Of a stretch of 64,000 bases of DNA, positions 62,501 to 64,000 are shown piece by piece. Both the position numbers and the translations under genes were made by a program. The notes below the pieces were generated by a model. It was not told the origin of the DNA. It saw nothing but the letters and a program-made list of their open reading frames with translations, and did no database searches. The stretch is taken from assembly GCF_964204645.1 (NCBI RefSeq), contig NC_134028.1, positions 16,313,653-16,377,652 on the forward strand, in the 5' to 3' direction. Within the stretch, counting starts at the first letter, position 1. Each line of letters begins with the position of its first letter. Source of the DNA: Tubulanus polymorphus (lineage: Eukaryota; Animalia; Nemertea).

Positions 62501-63895
62501 TTAAAATCTATTGCTGAAATATAATATTTGATTGATTTATTATATTGAAAAGCTTATGGACAATTATCTACCATCTATATAATAAGAAAATTAATAATCA
62601 ATTCATTCTTTTAATAATTTATCTTGTTCGTCGGTTGTAATATTTCCATTTAAACTAATTATATAATCTAATGTATTTTTCAATTTATTAATTTCTTTTG
62701 TATTAGATTTATTTTTTTCTATATTACTTTTTATATTTAATTTTGAACTTATTCCGGTTAAAACACTCGAACTTAAACCTAAGACGCCATTTGAAAGAGA
62801 AAGTGTTAATTGACTGAATATTGCTAAAAATGTTATTACAGAACTAATTGTAACAGATCCACTAACAATAAGGTAATACATAATTTTACTTTTTGAATAT
62901 TTTCTCTTTTTAACTTTTAAATCATTTTCAAATTCTAATATTTGTTTAAGCTAAGGCGTTAACAATTGTTGACCCAATAATAGTTATAATTGCAGATGCC
63001 ATTTATTCAACAAAGAAATTAAACATCAATTGGAGGAATATATTTCTGTTTTTCTAAAGAATCAATTGTTAAATTAGATAAAGTAAGTGCTAATGTTAAT
63101 TTTAATACATCATTTATATCAAATCAGTCAACATTAATATTTCCTATTTTAAATACTTTGTTTTATAACATTGTGTATCCGACAGTTCTAACTGATAATA
63201 ATGCTAAATTATATAATCAATTAACTATCCACTTTTGATCCATTTATTAAAGACGAAATTACCATTTTCAAAATATCTAGTTACTTCTGCTATCATTATT
63301 TCAACATTTATATCATTATAAGTTTCATTTTCAAATATTTCAGTAATCATTTTTTAATATCATCAATAATAGAATATTCATCTTATTCATGAAATTTAAA
63401 GATTTTCTAATTGAATCAGTCATTTTTTCTACATTATAAGCATCTTTATTTAGAGTTTTGACATAACTAAATGTAGTATTTTTAATATGAGTTATCACAT
63501 CATTGATTTCAAATTTCATTTCTTTTTCACGTTTAATATCAAATCCAAAACATATACTCGGTCTAACAGTTATATTCATATATTTATTACAAACAATTAC
63601 TCATTACATCTTATTACTATTTCATACATAACAGGAAAATTATTTATATCAATGAATTCACCATTTTGATCTGTTATTTCTAATTTGGAATTATAAAATT
63701 GTGGAATACAAGGTTTAAAATCATATTCTGATGAATCATAATTAATGGTAAAATATTAAATTGCAATAAATATAGAAAGTGTGTAAAAGTTATTAAATAT
63801 GGTGTAGCATTAATATTTGTAAAAACTTTTATCTGGGGTAATTCCTAACAGTTAAGCTAAAGGTTTTCTTACCATAAATTGTGTAGTTCATTAGC
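56540..63895 (-). mobile_element. Third, heavily decayed Maverick of the same family
   Basis: Homologous to and in the same order as genes in 9287-21567: integrase ~56560-57117 (ILNIIDIFSRY), MCP ~57165-58250 (ALWLDFRT.EDNSLHGSG), membrane-gene cluster ~60172-63579 (WQNQLNFAVY) and penton 3' part ~63605-63895. No TIRs are visible. Confidence 0.9.
58308..59786 (+). mobile_element. Penelope-like retroelement (RT plus GIY-YIG) inserted in the decayed Maverick
   Basis: SYDVVSLFTNIP, GFAMGNPLSPILAN, LKFTFEWE...PFLDV and VYRKPTH. A frameshifted PGVYKIPC.DC...YIGETGR...R..EH lies at ~59255-59347. About 50-bp inverted ends at ~58310-58362 and ~59733-59786. Confidence 0.92.
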
Positions 63896-64000
63896 TACAT
63901 GTATCCTCATTTTGTTTCAGCTATCACTTAAAAAAAATCAATAATAAATCCGACATCAACACCCATTTTCAACCAAGCCTTTCTATAAATTTCTTGCGCT

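Noticed and set aside
26446-63895. Old polB remnant and the 56.5-63.9 kb structural block as a single element
   Set aside because: In the intact gene order polB lies to the right of penton. Here it is ~30 kb to the left, so they are treated as separate copies.

Overview
This is eukaryotic, repeat-saturated DNA, most likely from a marine invertebrate (inference). I found no host gene. The main feature is a full-length but mutationally disabled 18.2-kb Maverick/Polinton (8233-26439, 6-bp TSD AAAATC). All its genes are on the minus strand: pPolB, penton, about 7 membrane proteins, major capsid, HNH nuclease, integrase-chromodomain and packaging ATPase. No adenain-type protease is visible. Each of its TIRs is a ~266-bp imperfect hairpin, and 14 of 17 gene starts read TAAATG, the poxvirus late-promoter initiator. 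It inserted into the pPolB gene of an older Maverick. That older pPolB carries a decayed intein with a LAGLIDADG motif at the YxD|TDS site, closely resembling giant-virus PolB inteins. A third decayed Maverick of the same family lies at ~56.5-63.9 kb. Together these features suggest (inference) an endogenous, virophage-like Maverick lineage linked to a cytoplasmic large DNA virus. The rest of the window is nested retroelements (Bel/Pao, RTEX-like, L2/CR1-group, Penelope), non-autonomous TIR transposons (two with 9-bp TSDs, one with a 7-bp TSD and a RAG1-N/ZAD-like zinc finger), a Helentron-like element with CTCF-motif repeats, and 31-bp palindromic satellite arrays.
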